From Candidatus Rokuibacteriota bacterium (lineage in GTDB: Bacteria > Methylomirabilota > Methylomirabilia > Rokubacteriales > DASRDR01), in NCBI GenBank assembly GCA_044866005.1, contig JBIOTN010000067.1:1-64000 (forward strand): DNA of 64,000 nt, read 5' to 3'. Position 1 is the stretch's first letter. Every line of letters begins with the position of its first letter. The position numbers and the translations under genes are program-made. The notes below the pieces were generated by a model that worked only from the letters and a program-made list of their open reading frames with translations, made no database searches and was not told the origin of the DNA. Of the stretch, positions 20,628 to 32,020 are shown in pieces.

Positions 20628-21095
20628 ATGGCCGAGCTGATCCACGTCTCCCGGGTCAGGATCGTGAAGGACAAGGGGCCGGTGCGGCGCGCCTACATCG
20701 AGCAGTTCCCGGACCCGGTGCGCTACGGCGTCCACGGCGGCATCAAAGACTTCTACGGGGTGGACCCGGTGGAGGAGCTGCCCACCACCCTCGACCACGT
20801 GATCGCGGCGGTCGCAGGGTGAATGACCGGGACGCTAGCCGGGGCGCTAGCGGCGCGGAAGATCCCGACCCAGCCCGATCGCCTCTCCTCCGAGGTCGAG
20901 GGATTCATCGAGAACGTGGACGGCAAGCCCTTGATCACCCGGATCAAGGTCCACTACAAGCTCCGGGTCCCTCCGGGCAAGCGCGCAGAAGCGCTGCGGG
21001 CGATCGAGGTGCATGAGCAGGGCTGCCCGGCGTCCCAATCAGTCAGGCGCGGCATCGCGATCGAGTGGGACGGCGACGTGCACGAGGAGGCTTGA
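20628..21095 (+). CDS. OsmC/Ohr-like protein, putative selenoprotein (U65)
   Basis: GGAGGAG RBS; frame open through one TGA at 20820 (AAVAG-U-MTGT), second Cys in GCPAS; hairpin at 20833-20852. Confidence 0.8.
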
Positions 21096-21212
21096 GCGCC
21101 ACTCGGCCCGTCGCCGGCTCGCGGCCGCGCGCGCAGTGTTATCATTGAAGCGTCGAGGAGGCGTCGGGCCGCGTCGCGGGCCCGCAAACCAGTGGTTGCC
21201 CGGAGGTCCGAG

Positions 21213-22094
21213 ATGGACATCGGCACGTTGCGGTTGAAGGTCGGCTTCGCGGAGATGTTGAAGGGCGGCGTCGTCATGGACGTGACGACCGCCGAGCAGG
21301 CCCGGATCGCGGAGGACGCCGGCGCCTGCGCGGTGATGGCGCTGGAGCGGGTCCCCGCCGACATCCGCCGGGAGGGCGGGGTCGCCCGGATGGCCAGCGT
21401 CCGGAAGGTCCGCGAGATCATCGACGCCGTCTCCATCCCCGTCATGGCGAAGTGCCGCATCGGGCACTTCGTCGAGGCCCAGATCCTCCAGGCGCTCGGC
21501 GTGGACTACATCGACGAGTCCGAGGTCCTGACCCCCGCGGACGAGCACTTCCACGTGGACAAGTTCGCCTTCACCGTGCCCTTCGTGTGCGGCGCGCGGG
21601 ACCTCGGCGAGGCCCTCCGCCGGATCGGGGAAGGGGCGGCGATGATCCGCACCAAGGGCGAGGCGGGCTCGGGGAACATCGTGGAGGCCGTGCGGCACAT
21701 CCGAAAGGTCATCGGCCACATCAAGCGGCTCACGACGCTGGGCCCGGAGGAGCTGATGGCCGAGGCCAAGGAGCTCGGGGCGCCCTACGAGCTCGTCCGG
21801 TGGGTCGCGCGCGAGGGCCGGCTGCCGGTGCCGAACTTCGCGGCGGGCGGCGTGGCGACCCCCGCCGACGCGGCGCTCATGATGCAGCTCGGCGCCGAGG
21901 CGATCTTCGTCGGCTCGGGCGTCTTCAAGTCCGCCGACCCCGCCGCGCGCGCCCGCGCCATCGTCCAGGCGACGACCCACTACCGCGACCCGGACGTCCT
22001 GGCGAAGGTCTCGGAGGCGCTCGGCGAGGCGATGCCGGGCATCGAGACCTCCAAGCTGCCGGCGTCCGAACGGCTCGAGACGCGCGGCTGGTGA
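21213..22094 (+). CDS. pdxS: Pyridoxal 5'-phosphate synthase, lyase subunit
   Basis: [37 protein letters not shown]. Confidence 0.97.
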   Translation: MDIGTLRLKVGFAEMLKGGVVMDVTTAEQARIAEDAGACAVMALERVPADIRREGGVARMASVRKVREIIDAVSIPVMAKCRIGHFVEAQILQALGVDYIDESEVLTPADEHFHVDKFAFTVPFVCGARDLGEALRRIGEGAAMIRTKGEAGSGNIVEAVRHIRKVIGHIKRLTTLGPEELMAEAKELGAPYELVRWVAREGRLPVPNFAAGGVATPADAALMMQLGAEAIFVGSGVFKSADPAARARAIVQATTHYRDPDVLAKVSEALGEAMPGIETSKLPASERLETRGW

Positions 22095-22177
22095 CCCCGG
22101 GCGCGGGCCCCGCGGCCGACGTCCCGGTCGAGGTGGACCCGGCCGGCCGGCCGTCGCGGGCGCCGGGTCGAGAGGGG

Positions 22178-22765
22178 ATGCGGATCGGGGTCCTGGCGCT
22201 CCAGGGGGACTTCGCCGCGCACACGCGGGCGCTCGGTCGCCTGGGCATCGAGGCGCCGGAAGTCCGGAAACCCGCCGAGCTCGCGCGCCTCGACGGCCTC
22301 GTCCTCCCCGGCGGCGAGAGCACGACCCTGCTCACGCTGATGGGCGAGGAGTTCCCGCCGGCGCTCCGCGCCTTCCACGCGGCCGGCAAGCCGCTCTACG
22401 GGACCTGCGCGGGATTGATCGTGCTCGCCCGGGAGGTGCTCGGCCCGCGCCAGCCCTCCGTCGGGCTGATCGACCTCACGGTCGAGCGCAACGCGTACGG
22501 CCGCCAGCGCGAGTCCTTCGAAGCGGAGGGCGAGGCGCGGCTCGGCGGCGCGCCCGCGCCGCTGCGCATGGTCTTCATCCGCGCCCCGCGTATCGTCCGC
22601 GCGGGGCCCGGCGTGACGACGCTCGCCACGTGGAAGGACGAGCCCGTGCTGGTCCGGGAGGGGCCGGTCCTGGCGAGCACGTTCCACCCCGAGTTGACGG
22701 ACGAGCTCGCCATCCACCGGTACCTGGCGCAGATGGTCGTGGCGGCCGGCCGGCCGTCGGGCTGA
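22178..22765 (+). CDS. pdxT: Pyridoxal 5'-phosphate synthase, glutaminase subunit
   Basis: GVLALQG, PGGEST, GTCAG, RNAYGRQ, FIRAP, FHPE. Confidence 0.95.
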   Translation: MRIGVLALQGDFAAHTRALGRLGIEAPEVRKPAELARLDGLVLPGGESTTLLTLMGEEFPPALRAFHAAGKPLYGTCAGLIVLAREVLGPRQPSVGLIDLTVERNAYGRQRESFEAEGEARLGGAPAPLRMVFIRAPRIVRAGPGVTTLATWKDEPVLVREGPVLASTFHPELTDELAIHRYLAQMVVAAGRPSG

Positions 22766-22806
22766 CCGCCGCCACCTCGGTCCGTGCGAGGGCTCGGGAG
22801 GTGGCC

Positions 22807-24549
22807 GTGAGCCGATCGGGCAAGGCGGCGCGCGGGGCGCGGCGGCGACCGCGGGCGGCCCGGTCCCGGGCCGCGCGGCGGGGCAAGCCGCTCGAGCGGG
22901 GTCTCGCGCGGGGCGCGGCCAACTACGTCCCGCTCACGCCGATCTCGTTCCTCGCCCGCGCCGCCGGCATCTATCCGACCAAGGCGGCGGTGATCCACGG
23001 CGAGCGGACGTACAGCTATGCCGAGCTCTTCGCCCGCTGCCGCCGGCTCGCCTCGGCCCTCGTCCGGCGCGGCATCGGCCGGGGGGACACCGTCGCGATC
23101 ATGGCCCCGAACGTCCCGGCCATGCTCGAGGCGCACTACGGCGTGCCGATGGCCGGGGCGGTGCTGAACGCGCTGAACTACCGCCTCGACGCCCGATCCA
23201 TCGCCTTCATGCTCGAGCACGGCCGGGCCAGGCTCCTGATCACGGACACGGAGTTCTCGGCCACGATCGGCCCGGCGCTCGCCCTGGTGAAGCGTCCGCT
23301 GCCCGTCATCGACATCGACGACCCGCTCGGCGGCGAGGACCGGGCCGGGAAGTTGCTCGGGGAGACGGACTACGAGGCCTTCCTGCGGGAGGGCGATCCC
23401 GAGTTCGCCTGGCCGGCCCCCGCCGACGAGTGGCAGGCGATCTGCCTCCTCTACACCTCGGGGACGACGGGGGACCCCAAAGGCGTCGTCTACCACCATC
23501 GCGGCGCCTACCTGAACGCCCTCGGCAACGCGCTCGCGTTCGGCCTGTCGCCGCGCACCGTCTATCTCTGGACCCTGCCGATGTTCCACTGTAGCGGCTG
23601 GACCTACACCTGGGCCGTCACGGCGGTCGGCGGGACGCACGTCTGCCTCCGCCGCGTGGATCCGGCGCGGGTCTTCCAGGCGATCCAGGCCCACGGCGTC
23701 ACGCACATGTGCGGGGCCCCCGTCGTCATGACCATGCTCGTCCACGCGCCCGCCGAGGCGAAGGTGACATTCGACCACGTCGTGGAGATCGCGACCGGCG
23801 GCGCGGCCCCGCCGTCGGCCGTCATCCGGGCGATGGAGGCGATGGGCTTCCGGGTCACGCACCTCTACGGCCTCACCGAGACCTACGGGCCGGCCACGCT
23901 CTGCGCCTGGCAGGCGGGCTGGGACGGCCTCGGGCTCGCGGAGCGCGCCGCCCTCATGGCGCGCCAGGGGGTGGCCTACCCGACGCTCGGCGCGGTCACG
24001 GTCGCCGAGCCCCGGACGCTGCGCCCGGTGCCGCGCGACGGCCAGACGATCGGCGAGGTGATGATCCGCGGCAACACCGTGATGAAGGGCTACCTCGGGA
24101 ACCCGCGCGCCACGACCGAGGCGTTCCGGGGCGGGTGGTTCCACACCGGCGACCTGGCCGTCTGGCATCCCGACGGCTACATCGAGATCAAGGACCGGTC
24201 GAAGGACATCATCATCTCCGGCGGCGAGAACATCTCCTCGCTGGAGGTCGAGGAGGTCCTCTACCGCCATCCCGCGGTGATGGAGGCCGCCGTCGTCGCG
24301 AAGCCGGACGAGAAGTGGGGAGAGACGCCCTGCGCCTTCGTCACGCCGAAGCCCGGCGCCGGCGAGGTCACCGCCCGGGAGATCGTCGACTGGTGCCGCG
24401 CGAACCTGGCCCGGTTCAAGGTGCCGCGGCACGTCGTGTTCGGGCCGCTCCCCAAGACCTCGACCGGGAAGATCCAGAAGTTCGTCCTGCGCGAGCGGGC
24501 GAAGACGGGGCTCCCGTCGGAGAGCGGAGGCGGCGGGCGCGCGGAGTGA
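22807..24549 (+). CDS. Acyl-CoA synthetase (AMP-binding family)
   Basis: YTSGTTGDPKG, YGLTETYG, GWFHTGD, DRSKD, TSTGKIQK. Confidence 0.92.
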   Translation: MSRSGKAARGARRRPRAARSRAARRGKPLERGLARGAANYVPLTPISFLARAAGIYPTKAAVIHGERTYSYAELFARCRRLASALVRRGIGRGDTVAIMAPNVPAMLEAHYGVPMAGAVLNALNYRLDARSIAFMLEHGRARLLITDTEFSATIGPALALVKRPLPVIDIDDPLGGEDRAGKLLGETDYEAFLREGDPEFAWPAPADEWQAICLLYTSGTTGDPKGVVYHHRGAYLNALGNALAFGLSPRTVYLWTLPMFHCSGWTYTWAVTAVGGTHVCLRRVDPARVFQAIQAHGVTHMCGAPVVMTMLVHAPAEAKVTFDHVVEIATGGAAPPSAVIRAMEAMGFRVTHLYGLTETYGPATLCAWQAGWDGLGLAERAALMARQGVAYPTLGAVTVAEPRTLRPVPRDGQTIGEVMIRGNTVMKGYLGNPRATTEAFRGGWFHTGDLAVWHPDGYIEIKDRSKDIIISGGENISSLEVEEVLYRHPAVMEAAVVAKPDEKWGETPCAFVTPKPGAGEVTAREIVDWCRANLARFKVPRHVVFGPLPKTSTGKIQKFVLRERAKTGLPSESGGGGRAE

Positions 24550-24578
24550 TGCCGCGCCGGCCGGGGGAAGGCCGAGCG

Positions 24579-25448
24579 TCAGGACGGCAGCCCGAACAGC
24601 GAGCTGACCCGCTGCGCCTCGACCATCGCCGCCATCTCCGCGTCGGGAGGACGGCGGCGGACGCGGCTCGCGGCCTCCAGGACCCGGGGAAGCAAGGCCA
24701 GGTCTGCCGGCGTGTCGAGGAAGACATCGGGCAGGCCGAGCGCCCAGTGCACCGCCCGGTCGATGTCGGCCGGCTCCTCGAGCGGCTGGTACCAGGTGGT
24801 GCGCGTCCGGTCTGCCGTGGCCCAGGGCCCGCGCGCGATGGCCTTGATGACCTGGACCGCGACCTGCCGCTCGCGGCAGATGCTCAGCAGTGCCTCGACG
24901 TCCGCGCGGTAGCGCTCGCTCTGGGCCATCAAGAAGTTATACGGCAGCAGCACCGTGTCGAAGTCGAAGCGCGCGAGGCTGCGCTTGTGCATGGCGGGGA
25001 TCGTCCAGCCGTGACCGGTCACCCCGATAAAGCGCGCGAGCCCCTGCTCGCGGGCCTCGATCGCCGCCTCCAGGGCGCCGCCCGGTCCCATGGCCTGCTC
25101 CCACTCGTCGGGGTGGCCCAGCGAGTGCAGCTGGATCAGGTCGACGTGGTCCACCCGGAGCCGGTCGAGCGAGCGGTGAAGCTCCTCGCGGGCGCCGTCG
25201 CGGGTGCGCATGGCGGTCTTCGTCGCGAGGAAGAACTCCTTCCGGTGCCCGGCCATCCACGGGCCGATGCGGAGCTCGGAGTCCCCGTACCGCGCCGCGG
25301 TGTCGATGTGGTTGACGCCGTGCCGCAAGAGCAGGTCCAGGGCGCGGTCGGCCTCCGCCTGCGGGCACCGGGCGAGGGCGGCCGCCCCGAAGATGGTCAC
25401 CGTGCTGAGGTGACCGGTGCGTCCGAAGGGTCGCCGTTCGATCATCAC
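24579..25448 (-). CDS. Aldo/keto reductase
   Basis: [25 protein letters not shown]. Confidence 0.88.
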   Translation of the reverse strand: MMIERRPFGRTGHLSTVTIFGAAALARCPQAEADRALDLLLRHGVNHIDTAARYGDSELRIGPWMAGHRKEFFLATKTAMRTRDGAREELHRSLDRLRVDHVDLIQLHSLGHPDEWEQAMGPGGALEAAIEAREQGLARFIGVTGHGWTIPAMHKRSLARFDFDTVLLPYNFLMAQSERYRADVEALLSICRERQVAVQVIKAIARGPWATADRTRTTWYQPLEEPADIDRAVHWALGLPDVFLDTPADLALLPRVLEAASRVRRRPPDAEMAAMVEAQRVSSLFGLPS

Positions 25449-25464
25449 GCGGCTCCTCGCGGCC

Positions 25465-27912
25465 CTAGAGCGCCAGCTTCCGCAGGCGGAGGGCGTTGCC
25501 GACGACGGAGACGGAGCTGACGCTCATCGCCGCGCTGGCGACCACCGGGCTCAAGAGCAGACCGAAGACGGGGTAGAGGACGCCGGCGGCGAGCGGGACG
25601 CCGAGCGAGTTGTAGACGAAGGCGAAGAAGAGGTTCTGCCGGATGTTCCGCATCGTGGCCCGGCTCAGCCGGCGGGCCCGCACGATGCCCCGCAGGTCGC
25701 CCTTGACCAGGGTCACCGCGGCGCTCTCCATGGCGACGTCCGTCCCCGTCCCCATCGCGATCCCCACGTCGGCCTGGGCCAGCGCCGGCGCGTCGTTGAT
25801 GCCGTCACCCGCCATCGCCACCCGCCGGCCCTCGGCCTGGAGGCGCCGGACGACCTCGCCCTTCGCCGCCGGCAGGACCTCCGCCTCGACGCGGTCGATC
25901 CCGAGCGCGCGGGCGACGGCCTCGGCGGTCGTCCGGCTGTCGCCGGTGAGCATGACGACCTGGAGGCCCTCCTCGCGGAGCAGGCGGATCGCCTCGGCGC
26001 TGGACGGCTTGATGGGGTCGGCGACGCCGAGCAGGCCGGCCGCCCGGCCCTCCACGACGACGAACACGACGGTCTGCCCGTCCTGGCGGAGCTTCTCCGC
26101 CTGACCGGCCAGGACCCCGGGCGCGACGGCCAGCTCGTCCAGCAGCCGCGCGTTCCCGAGCGCCACCGCCCGGCCGTCCACGCGGCCCACCACGCCCTTG
26201 CCGGTGAGCGACCGGAACTCGGTCAGCTCGCCGAGCGCGAGGCCGCGCGCGGTGGCCCCCGCGACGATCGCCGCGGCGAGCGGGTGCTCGCTCCCCCGCT
26301 CGAGCGTCGCGCCGAGGCGCAGGAGCTCCCCGTCGGCGAGGGGCGGCAGGACCACGATGGAAGTCAGGCGCGGCTTGCCCTCCGTGAGGGTGCCGGTCTT
26401 GTCCACCACCACCGTGTCCACCCGCTCCATGATCTCCAGGGCCTCGGCGTGCTTGACGAGCACGCCCGCCGTCGCGCCCCGGCCCGTGGCGACCATGATG
26501 GACATCGGCGTGGCCAGGCCGAGCGCGCACGGGCAGGCGATGATCAGCACGGCCACCGCGTTCACGAGCGCGTAGGCCAGGCGCGGCTCGGGCCCGACGA
26601 GCGCCCACGCGGCGAAGGTCAGCCCCGCGATCGCCACGACCGCCGGCACGAAGTACGAGGAGACCACGTCGGCCAGACGCTGGATCGGCGCGCGCGTGCG
26701 CTGGGCTTCGCCGACCATGCGCACGATCTGGGCGAGGAGCGTGTCGCTGCCGACCCGCTCGGCCCGCATGACGAAGCTCCCCGTGCCGTTCACGGTTCCG
26801 CCGGTCACCCGGCTCCCCGGCGTCTTCTCCACGGGGACGGGCTCGCCCGTCAGCATGGACTCGTCGACGGCGCTCGCGCCCTCGAGCACGACGCCGTCCA
26901 CGGGGACGCGCTCGCCCGGGCGGACGCGGAGCCGGTCGCCGGGGGCCACCTGCTCGAGCGGCACGTCTTCCTCCGCCCCGGCCTCGCCGAGGCGTCGCGC
27001 CGTCTTCGGCGCCAGCCCCAGCAGCGCGCGGATCGCGCTGCTGGTCCGGCTGCGGGCGCGGAGCTCGAGGACCTGCCCCAGCAGCACCAGCACCGTGATG
27101 ATCGCCGCCGGCTCGAAGTAGACGGGAACCTCGCCGCCGTGGCCGCGGAAGGCGGGCGGGATGAGCCCGGGCGCGAGCGTCGCCGCGACGCTGTACCCGT
27201 ACGCCATGCCGATCCCGAGCGCGATGAGCGTGAACATGTTCAGGCTGCGGTTCACGATCGAGGCATAGCCGCGCTGGAAGAGCGGCCAGCCGCCCCAGAG
27301 GACCACCGGCGTGGCGAGGGCCAGCTCGAGCCAGGTCACCGCGCGCATCGACAGCGCGCGCTGGACCGGCTGCCCGGGCCACATGTCCGACATCGCGAGG
27401 ACCAGGATGGGGACGGAGAGGAGCAGGCTCACCCGGAAGCGGCGGGACATGTCCACGAGCTCCGGGCTCACCTCGGCCTCGGCCGTCACCGTCCGGGGCT
27501 CGAGCGCCATCCCGCAGATCGGGCAGAGGCCCGGCTCGGGCCGGACGATCTCCGGGTGCATCGGGCAGAAGTACTCGGTCCGGAATGCGGGTGCCGCGGC
27601 GACCGGCGGCTCGAGCGCCATCCCGCACTTCGGGCACGCGCCGGGTCGGGGCTCGCGGACCTCGGGGTCCATCGGGCACGTGTAGCCGCCGGCCGTCGCC
27701 TCCGCCGCCGCGGCGCTCCGGCGCTCGCCGGAGGGCGCCACGTAGCGCCCGGGGTCTGCGCGGAACCGCTCGAGGCAGGAGGGGTGACAGAAGAGGTACG
27801 TCCGGCCGCCGTAGGCGTGGCGTCCGGCGGCCTCGGCCGGCTCCACCGTCATCCCGCAGACGGGGTCCGTCGCCGCCTGTCCGATCGCCTGCGCCCGCTC
27901 GTCCCCTGTCAT
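25465..27912 (-). CDS. copA: Cu(I)-exporting P1B-1 ATPase with YHS and heavy-metal-binding domains
   Basis: DPVCGM, YTCPM and CPKCGM repeats, TGE, CPC, DKTGT, SEHP, GDGIND, YN, MSVSS. Confidence 0.93.
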   Translation of the reverse strand: MTGDERAQAIGQAATDPVCGMTVEPAEAAGRHAYGGRTYLFCHPSCLERFRADPGRYVAPSGERRSAAAAEATAGGYTCPMDPEVREPRPGACPKCGMALEPPVAAAPAFRTEYFCPMHPEIVRPEPGLCPICGMALEPRTVTAEAEVSPELVDMSRRFRVSLLLSVPILVLAMSDMWPGQPVQRALSMRAVTWLELALATPVVLWGGWPLFQRGYASIVNRSLNMFTLIALGIGMAYGYSVAATLAPGLIPPAFRGHGGEVPVYFEPAAIITVLVLLGQVLELRARSRTSSAIRALLGLAPKTARRLGEAGAEEDVPLEQVAPGDRLRVRPGERVPVDGVVLEGASAVDESMLTGEPVPVEKTPGSRVTGGTVNGTGSFVMRAERVGSDTLLAQIVRMVGEAQRTRAPIQRLADVVSSYFVPAVVAIAGLTFAAWALVGPEPRLAYALVNAVAVLIIACPCALGLATPMSIMVATGRGATAGVLVKHAEALEIMERVDTVVVDKTGTLTEGKPRLTSIVVLPPLADGELLRLGATLERGSEHPLAAAIVAGATARGLALGELTEFRSLTGKGVVGRVDGRAVALGNARLLDELAVAPGVLAGQAEKLRQDGQTVVFVVVEGRAAGLLGVADPIKPSSAEAIRLLREEGLQVVMLTGDSRTTAEAVARALGIDRVEAEVLPAAKGEVVRRLQAEGRRVAMAGDGINDAPALAQADVGIAMGTGTDVAMESAAVTLVKGDLRGIVRARRLSRATMRNIRQNLFFAFVYNSLGVPLAAGVLYPVFGLLLSPVVASAAMSVSSVSVVGNALRLRKLAL

Positions 27913-28085
27913 GGCGTCACCTCTACAGAGGGTATACCCGGGCCCGGAGATGCGGGAGCCCCGCGCGGGGGCCGCGCCCGGCCGGCGGAGTGCAAGACGC
28001 TGCCGGCGCCGGGCGCCGGATGTAGAATGAGCGGGTCCGCGGCGACTGCTGTACTCCGCCTTCGGAGTCTTGGAGGACCACGCGC

Positions 28086-29534
28086 ATGACGACCGCACCC
28101 AGCGCCAGCTACAGCATGACGATGCGGCTCGAGATCCGGAACCGCCCGGGGATGCTCGGGAAGATCGCCTCCGCGATCGGGAAGGCGGGCGGGGACATCG
28201 GCGCCGTGGACCTGGTCCAGGTGGGCGCGGGCGTGCTCACGCGCGACATCACGTTCAACGCGCGGGACGAGGAGCACGGCCAGTCGGTCGTCGGGGCGGT
28301 GCGCCGGGTCGCCGGGGTTCGGGTCGTCGCGGTGTCGGACCGCACGTTCCTCATGCACCTGGGCGGCAAGATCGAGGTGCGGGGGAAGGTGCCGGTGAAG
28401 ACGCGCGACGACCTGTCGATGGCGTACACGCCGGGGGTGGCGCGCGTCTGCCTGGCCATCCGCGACGAGCCGCAGACGGCCTACGCGCTGACCATCAAGC
28501 AGAACACGGTCGCCGTCGTCACCGACGGCACCGCGGTGCTGGGGCTGGGCGACATCGGGCCGAAGGCCGCCATGCCCGTGATGGAAGGCAAGGCGCTCCT
28601 GTTCAAGGAGTTCGCCGGCGTGGATGCCTTCCCCCTCTGCCTGGCGACCAAGGACGTGGACGAGATCGTCGCGATCGTCCGCGCGGTGTCGCCGGTCTTC
28701 GGGGGCATCAACCTGGAGGACATCGCCGCCCCGCGCTGCTTCGAGATCGAGGAGCGGCTCCGCAAGGAGCTCGACATCCCGGTCTTCCACGACGACCAGC
28801 ACGGGACCGCGGTCGTGGTCCTGGCCGCGCTGATCAACGCGCTCAAGGTGGTCAAGAAGAGGCTCGCGGACGTGCGCGTCGTCTTCTCCGGCGCGGGCGC
28901 CTCGGGGATCGCGACGGCGAAGCTCCTCATGGCGGTCGGCTGCCGGCACATCATCGGCTGTGACCGCTCGGGCACGCTCTACCGGGGTCGCCGCGAGAAC
29001 ATGAATCCGGTCAAGGCGTGGTTCGCCGAGCACACGAACGAAAAGCGCGTGCGGGGCAGCTGCGGCGACGCCCTCCGCGGCGCCGATGTCTACATCGGGC
29101 TGTCCGGGCCCGGGGTGGTGACGCCGCGGGAGGTGCGGCGGATGGCGCGCCACGCGGTCGTCTTCGCCATGGCGAACCCGGTGCCCGAGATCATGCCGGA
29201 GGACGTCCAGGGGATGGTCCGCGTCATGGCCACGGGCCGGTCGGACTACGCGAACCAGATCAACAACGTGCTCTGCTTCCCGGGCTTCTTCCGCGGCCTG
29301 CTGGACGTGCGGGCGCGGCTGGTGAACGACGAGATGAAGATCGCGGCCGCCCGCGGCATCGCCTCCATCATCGCGGCGAGCGAGCTGGGCGAGGAGTACA
29401 TCATCCCCTCGGTCTTCGACAAGCGCGTGGTCGAGGCGGTGGCGGACGGGGTCGCCCGCGCCGCCGTGCAGACCGGGGTGGCGCGTCGCCGCCGTCGGCT
29501 CCCCGCGGGGGGCGCCGGCCGGAACGGCGCGTAG
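28086..29534 (+). CDS. Malic enzyme with N-terminal ACT domain
   Basis: [41 protein letters not shown]. Confidence 0.92.
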   Translation: MTTAPSASYSMTMRLEIRNRPGMLGKIASAIGKAGGDIGAVDLVQVGAGVLTRDITFNARDEEHGQSVVGAVRRVAGVRVVAVSDRTFLMHLGGKIEVRGKVPVKTRDDLSMAYTPGVARVCLAIRDEPQTAYALTIKQNTVAVVTDGTAVLGLGDIGPKAAMPVMEGKALLFKEFAGVDAFPLCLATKDVDEIVAIVRAVSPVFGGINLEDIAAPRCFEIEERLRKELDIPVFHDDQHGTAVVVLAALINALKVVKKRLADVRVVFSGAGASGIATAKLLMAVGCRHIIGCDRSGTLYRGRRENMNPVKAWFAEHTNEKRVRGSCGDALRGADVYIGLSGPGVVTPREVRRMARHAVVFAMANPVPEIMPEDVQGMVRVMATGRSDYANQINNVLCFPGFFRGLLDVRARLVNDEMKIAAARGIASIIAASELGEEYIIPSVFDKRVVEAVADGVARAAVQTGVARRRRRLPAGGAGRNGA

Positions 29535-29577
29535 CCGCCCCCGCGGGCGGAGCCGGGCCGGCCGGCGAGGCCACGGG

Positions 29578-30150
29578 ATGCGCCGGCTCGCGGGACCGTC
29601 GATCGTGGCGCTCGCGCTCCTGGCCGGCGTCCCCCGGAGCGGGCCGGCCGCCCCACCGGGCCTCCCGCGACTCGGGGCCGCCCCGAACTTCGCCCTGACG
29701 ACCCACCTGAATGACCGCGTCTGGCTCACCCAGCTCCGCGGCCGCGCCGTCGTCCTCACGTTTACCTGCGCGACATGTGGAGCGTGTCCCACCGTCGTGC
29801 CGACCCTCGCCGAGGTGGCGCGCGGGCTGGGCGAGGCGGCGGGCGGACGGGTCTTCTTCGTCGCGGTGACGGTCGACCCGCGCCATGACAGCGCCGCCGT
29901 CCTCCGGGACTTCGCCCGGGCGCACGGTCTGAGCCCGCTGGCGTGGCTTCTCCTCACCGGGACGCCGGCCGAGGTGGAGGTGGTGGCCCGGCGCTTCGGC
30001 GTGGAGGCCCGGGCCGACGCCTTGTCCGAGGCCGCCTGCCCGGTGGTGCTGATCGACCGCACCGGCACGATCCGCGTGCGCTACCGGGGCCCGGAGCTCG
30101 GCCGCCTCCGCTTCGACCTGGTGCAGCTTCTCGCCGAGCCTGCCGGCTAG
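29578..30150 (+). CDS. SCO family protein
   Basis: APNFALT, FTCATCGACP, VTVDPRHD, LLTG, LIDRTG. Confidence 0.8.
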   Translation: MRRLAGPSIVALALLAGVPRSGPAAPPGLPRLGAAPNFALTTHLNDRVWLTQLRGRAVVLTFTCATCGACPTVVPTLAEVARGLGEAAGGRVFFVAVTVDPRHDSAAVLRDFARAHGLSPLAWLLLTGTPAEVEVVARRFGVEARADALSEAACPVVLIDRTGTIRVRYRGPELGRLRFDLVQLLAEPAG

Positions 30151-30173
30151 CCGGTCAAAAGACTTGACCTTCC
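30102..30173 (+). repeat. 72-bp direct repeat, copy 1 (3' end of the SCO gene plus TTGACC)
   Basis: 66/72 identical to 30892-30963. Confidence 0.9.
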
Positions 30174-30285
30174 GGTCCTCACAGCACAGAGCTCCAGCCT
30201 TCCTTGGCGCTTGCGGGCGCAAAAGGAAGGGACTGCCGCATGGCGGCGTGGTAGGATATTTCATCATACCCGGGAAGGTTGCCAC

Positions 30286-30528
30286 GTGCCGAAGACCAAG
30301 GTCGCCATCACGCTCGATGCCGAGCTGCTTGATCGGGTCGATGAACTGGTCGCCCGACGAGAGTTCCGCAATCGGAGCCAGGCCATCGAGGCCGCGCTCG
30401 CCGAGAAGCTGGCAAGGGCCCGACGGACGCGCCTGGCGCGGGAGTGCGCAAAGCTCGACCCCGAGGAGGAGAAAGCCCTCGCCGAGGAAGGCCTCGCCGG
30501 GAGCTCTGACTCGTGGCCCGAATACTGA
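30286..30528 (+). CDS. Ribbon-helix-helix (CopG/MetJ-type) antitoxin
   Basis: KVAITLD...NRSQAIE; overlaps the toxin start. Confidence 0.85.
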   Translation: MPKTKVAITLDAELLDRVDELVARREFRNRSQAIEAALAEKLARARRTRLARECAKLDPEEEKALAEEGLAGSSDSWPEY

Positions 30529-30848
30529 GGGGCGAGATCCGCTGGGCCGACCTCAATCCAGTTCGCGGCCGGGAACAGGCTGGGCTCCGACCCATTCTGG
30601 TCCTGAGCCATGACGTGTTCAATGAGCGCTCCGCGACGGTCATTGCCGTCGCCCTGACCAGTCGAGAGCCCCGCGCTGGGTTTCCGCTCACGCTCGAGAG
30701 TAACGCCCGGGGTTTGCCGAAGCGATCGTGGATCCGGATCAGCCAAGTCCGGACACTTTCCGTGGAGAGGATCGGGCGGCGTCTGGCGCGCGCCTCTGAG
30801 GAAGAGGTTGATCGCGTCGTGGAGGGCCTCAGCGAGATAATCGGCTGA
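30513..30848 (+). CDS. PemK/MazF family toxin
   Basis: RGEIRWADLNPVRGREQAGLRPILVLS, QVRTLS. Confidence 0.92.
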   Translation: MARILRGEIRWADLNPVRGREQAGLRPILVLSHDVFNERSATVIAVALTSREPRAGFPLTLESNARGLPKRSWIRISQVRTLSVERIGRRLARASEEEVDRVVEGLSEIIG

Positions 30849-30891
30849 CGGCGTGATCCACGGCGGTTCGCGTTGCCCGCACAGTCCGGGC

Positions 30892-30963
30892 CCGCCTCCG
30901 CTTCGACTTGATCCAGCTTCTCGCCGAGCTCGCCGGCTAGCGGGTCAAAAGACTTGACCTTCC
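30892..30963 (+). repeat. 72-bp direct repeat, copy 2
   Basis: 66/72 identical to 30102-30173. Confidence 0.9.
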
Positions 30964-30984
30964 CCTTCCTGGAAGCCGCACCGT
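30954..30984 (+). promoter_or_regulatory. CueR-like MerR-family promoter/operator
   Basis: TTGACC followed by CTTCC-N7-GGAAG dyad; weak -10 (caccgt) at 19-bp spacing. Confidence 0.65.
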
Positions 30985-31065
30985 GGCATCAATACGTCGG
31001 AGGAGAGGGTGGAGTACCGGGAAGAACACGAGACAGTGGAAACCGGGGGGGCGGAGGGATCGGCT

Positions 31066-31418
31066 ATGGCAGTGGCCAGCCGAGAGCTCATCGAGCGCTG
31101 TGTCGAAGAGTGTCTGAATTGCCTCAAGCTCGCGTCACGTTGCGTGGACTCGTGCCTGGCGGACGACCAGGCCAAGGCGATGGCGCGCTGCATCGGCTCT
31201 GCCTGGACTGCGCGGACCTCTGCCAGGCCTGTATCGCCACGCTCGGCCGGAACTCGGAACACGCGCGCGAGCTCTGCCGGGTGTTGGCGGACGTCTGCGA
31301 GGCGTGCGCGACGGAGTGCGAGAAGTTCGGCGACGGCATCATGCGCCAGTGCGCGGAAGCGTGCCGGCAGTGCGCCGAGGCCTGCCGCCAGGTGGCACGG
31401 GTGCGGGCCGCCGCCTGA
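31066..31418 (+). pseudogene. Four-helix-bundle Cys-rich copper storage protein (Csp/DUF326-like), frameshifted
   Basis: CxxxCxxC repeats in two frames; one missing base near 31194 breaks C-I-R-L-C-L-D-C. Confidence 0.8.
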
Positions 31419-31515
31419 GGCCGGCTCCGCGGGGCGGGGCGGTGCGGCGTGCCGTGCCGTCCCGCCGCGCGTTCAGCGCCGGCCGCGCGAAAGCCGACCG
31501 GCGCAAGGCCGGGGC

Positions 31516-31547
31516 TTGACATTCCAGTTAACTGGAAGGATTACCCT
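31516..31547 (+). promoter_or_regulatory. MerR-family promoter/operator
   Basis: TTGACA-20bp-TACCCT with the perfect palindrome TTCCAGTTAACTGGAA in the spacer. Confidence 0.85.
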
Positions 31548-31582
31548 GTCTGTGTGAGCGATTCGACCAGGGAGAGCCGAGA

Positions 31583-32020
31583 GTGAGCACGCCCCTGAAG
31601 ATCGGCGAGCTGGCCGCCAAGAGCGGGGTCGCGGCGAAGACCATCCGCTTCTATGAAGGGGCGGGCGTGCTTCCGGCCCCCAGCCGGGGGGCGAACGGCT
31701 ACCGCCTCTACGGCGCCGACGCCCTGGATCTCCTGCGCTTCGTTCGGCAGGCGCGAGGCCTCGGTCTCACCCTCGGGGAGATCAAGGAGCTGGTCGCGAT
31801 CCGCCGGCGCGGGGAGATCCCCTGCCGGCACGTCTATCGGCTGATCGAGGAGAAGGCCGCGGAGTTCGAGCGCAAGCTGAAGGACCTCGCCGAGCTTCGG
31901 GCGGTCCTTCGCCGGAGCCTCCGGTCGGCGCCGCGGCCGTTCCCCCGCGCCGCCGTCTGTCCCCATATCGAGGCTGGGAGCCAGGGGGCTTTCGCCGTCT
32001 CCCGCCCCCGGAAGGCGTAG
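31583..32020 (+). CDS. MerR-family metal-responsive regulator
   Basis: IGELA, TIRFYE, NGYRLY, LGLTLGEI, PCRHV, VCPHI. Confidence 0.92.
   Translation: MSTPLKIGELAAKSGVAAKTIRFYEGAGVLPAPSRGANGYRLYGADALDLLRFVRQARGLGLTLGEIKELVAIRRRGEIPCRHVYRLIEEKAAEFERKLKDLAELRAVLRRSLRSAPRPFPRAAVCPHIEAGSQGAFAVSRPRKA

Noticed and set aside
27915..27945. CsoR-like operator upstream of copA (gggtataccc region)
   Set aside because: Only a partial match and no csoR gene in the window; too weak to call.
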